Origin: Adineta vaga
Taxonomy: Eukaryota; Animalia; Rotifera
DNA length: 64,000 nt
Direction: 5' to 3'
Assembly (NCBI GenBank): GCA_021613535.1
Contig: CP075495.1
Span: 2,418,001 to 2,482,000 of the forward strand
In this document: in pieces, positions 63,302-64,000 of the stretch
Layout: every line of letters begins with the position of its first letter
How positions within the stretch are numbered: position 1 is the stretch's first letter
The notes under the pieces: generated by a model
What the model saw: the letters and a program-made list of their open reading frames with translations, nothing else
Told to the model about the DNA's origin: nothing
Databases searched by the model: none
Program-made: the position numbers and the translations under genes

Positions 63302-64000
63302 CTAGAATAAGAAATGAAAATTCTAATCGGACTAAGTATATACTTATATTCTTAAGTGTTTGAAGGAAGAAGACTCGAGGCAAATTATGTGATTTTTAGT
63401 TTTAATCGGATTTTGAAATGACAGAAACATATGGAGATTAACTAATGATCAACTGAATCTTAAATAAACAAATTCATCTATGAAATCTGTTACGAAATAT
63501 TGCCGAAGAAATGTTTTAGACTTGATTGAAAAATTCTTCATCATTTATTTTTCTGTCATAACAAAACAAAAAAAATCAATGACAGATATTGACAGGATTG
63601 AATTAGAAAAGATTGTCTGTCATTATGAAAGATAAAATCTGTTATTTAATATGTTCGAACGTTTTGTTTTCTTTTTAGGCAAAGAAAAAAAAATTACAAC
63701 ATATAAATCATTTTTTTTCCTCTTTTTATTCAAAGAAACCAATCAATTCAACTCTTTTGTAAAAGATTATGTTAATAATTCGTTAGTTATAGTTATAGTT
63801 TCTATCTTCTCTTCGAATTAATACCTTGAAATGTATATATATTTGCTCCGACATGACATTCTTCGATTGACGTCATTGAAAACACTCGTACTATATCCTA
63901 TGATTTTGACAATCATCTTTCTCTCGCTTTTCTATTAGCGGGCAAATACACTTGTATGACAGGACGTACTCCACGAAGGCTAATGGTTCGAACGGCATGA

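Noticed and set aside
63940-64000. GGTTCGA (T-loop-like) near the window end
   Set aside because: No cloverleaf stems can be built, so it is not a supportable tRNA.

Overview
Eukaryotic (metazoan) gene-dense, very AT-rich DNA with many short GT-AG introns (about 50-70 nt). This style is most consistent with a bdelloid rotifer (Adineta/Rotaria-like), which is an inference. There are about 22 protein-coding genes. In order: SFSWAP (5'-partial), mitochondrial-type SHMT, an atypical rhodopsin-class peptide GPCR, a TTLL10-like glycylase, FANCB-like, a ubiquitin-like/eS31 (RPS27A) fusion, LCLAT1, MCFD2, two tandem Prop-family paired-class homeobox genes, MRPL42, MANF, PPIL4, poly(A) polymerase, Ena/VASP, an R7-family RGS, an MS4A-like tetraspan protein, two tandem DPY-30 genes, a Rap1GAP-family gene with several alternative first exons, TOP2 and a TASK-type K2P channel (5'-partial). 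A probable decayed piggyBac relic with a nested repeat lies at about 22-23.3 kb. The most notable observations are these. (1) The RPS27A leader is no longer ubiquitin: 35/76 identical, only K27 left, and an LDLEGG tail. (2) Several head-to-tail gene junctions have operon-like geometry, with a poly(A) signal, about 30-105 nt of spacer, then an unpaired splice acceptor just before the ATG. (3) MANF lacks its C-terminal CXXC motif. (4) The Prop and DPY-30 tandem duplicates have diverged asymmetrically. (5) Ena/VASP has no recognisable GAB motif. (6) SFSWAP has a candidate poison exon. (7) Four single-site frameshifts in otherwise intact genes are most likely assembly indels. No rRNA, tRNA, CRISPR array or clearly foreign (HGT) gene was recognised. 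All family assignments come from motif recognition, not database searches.
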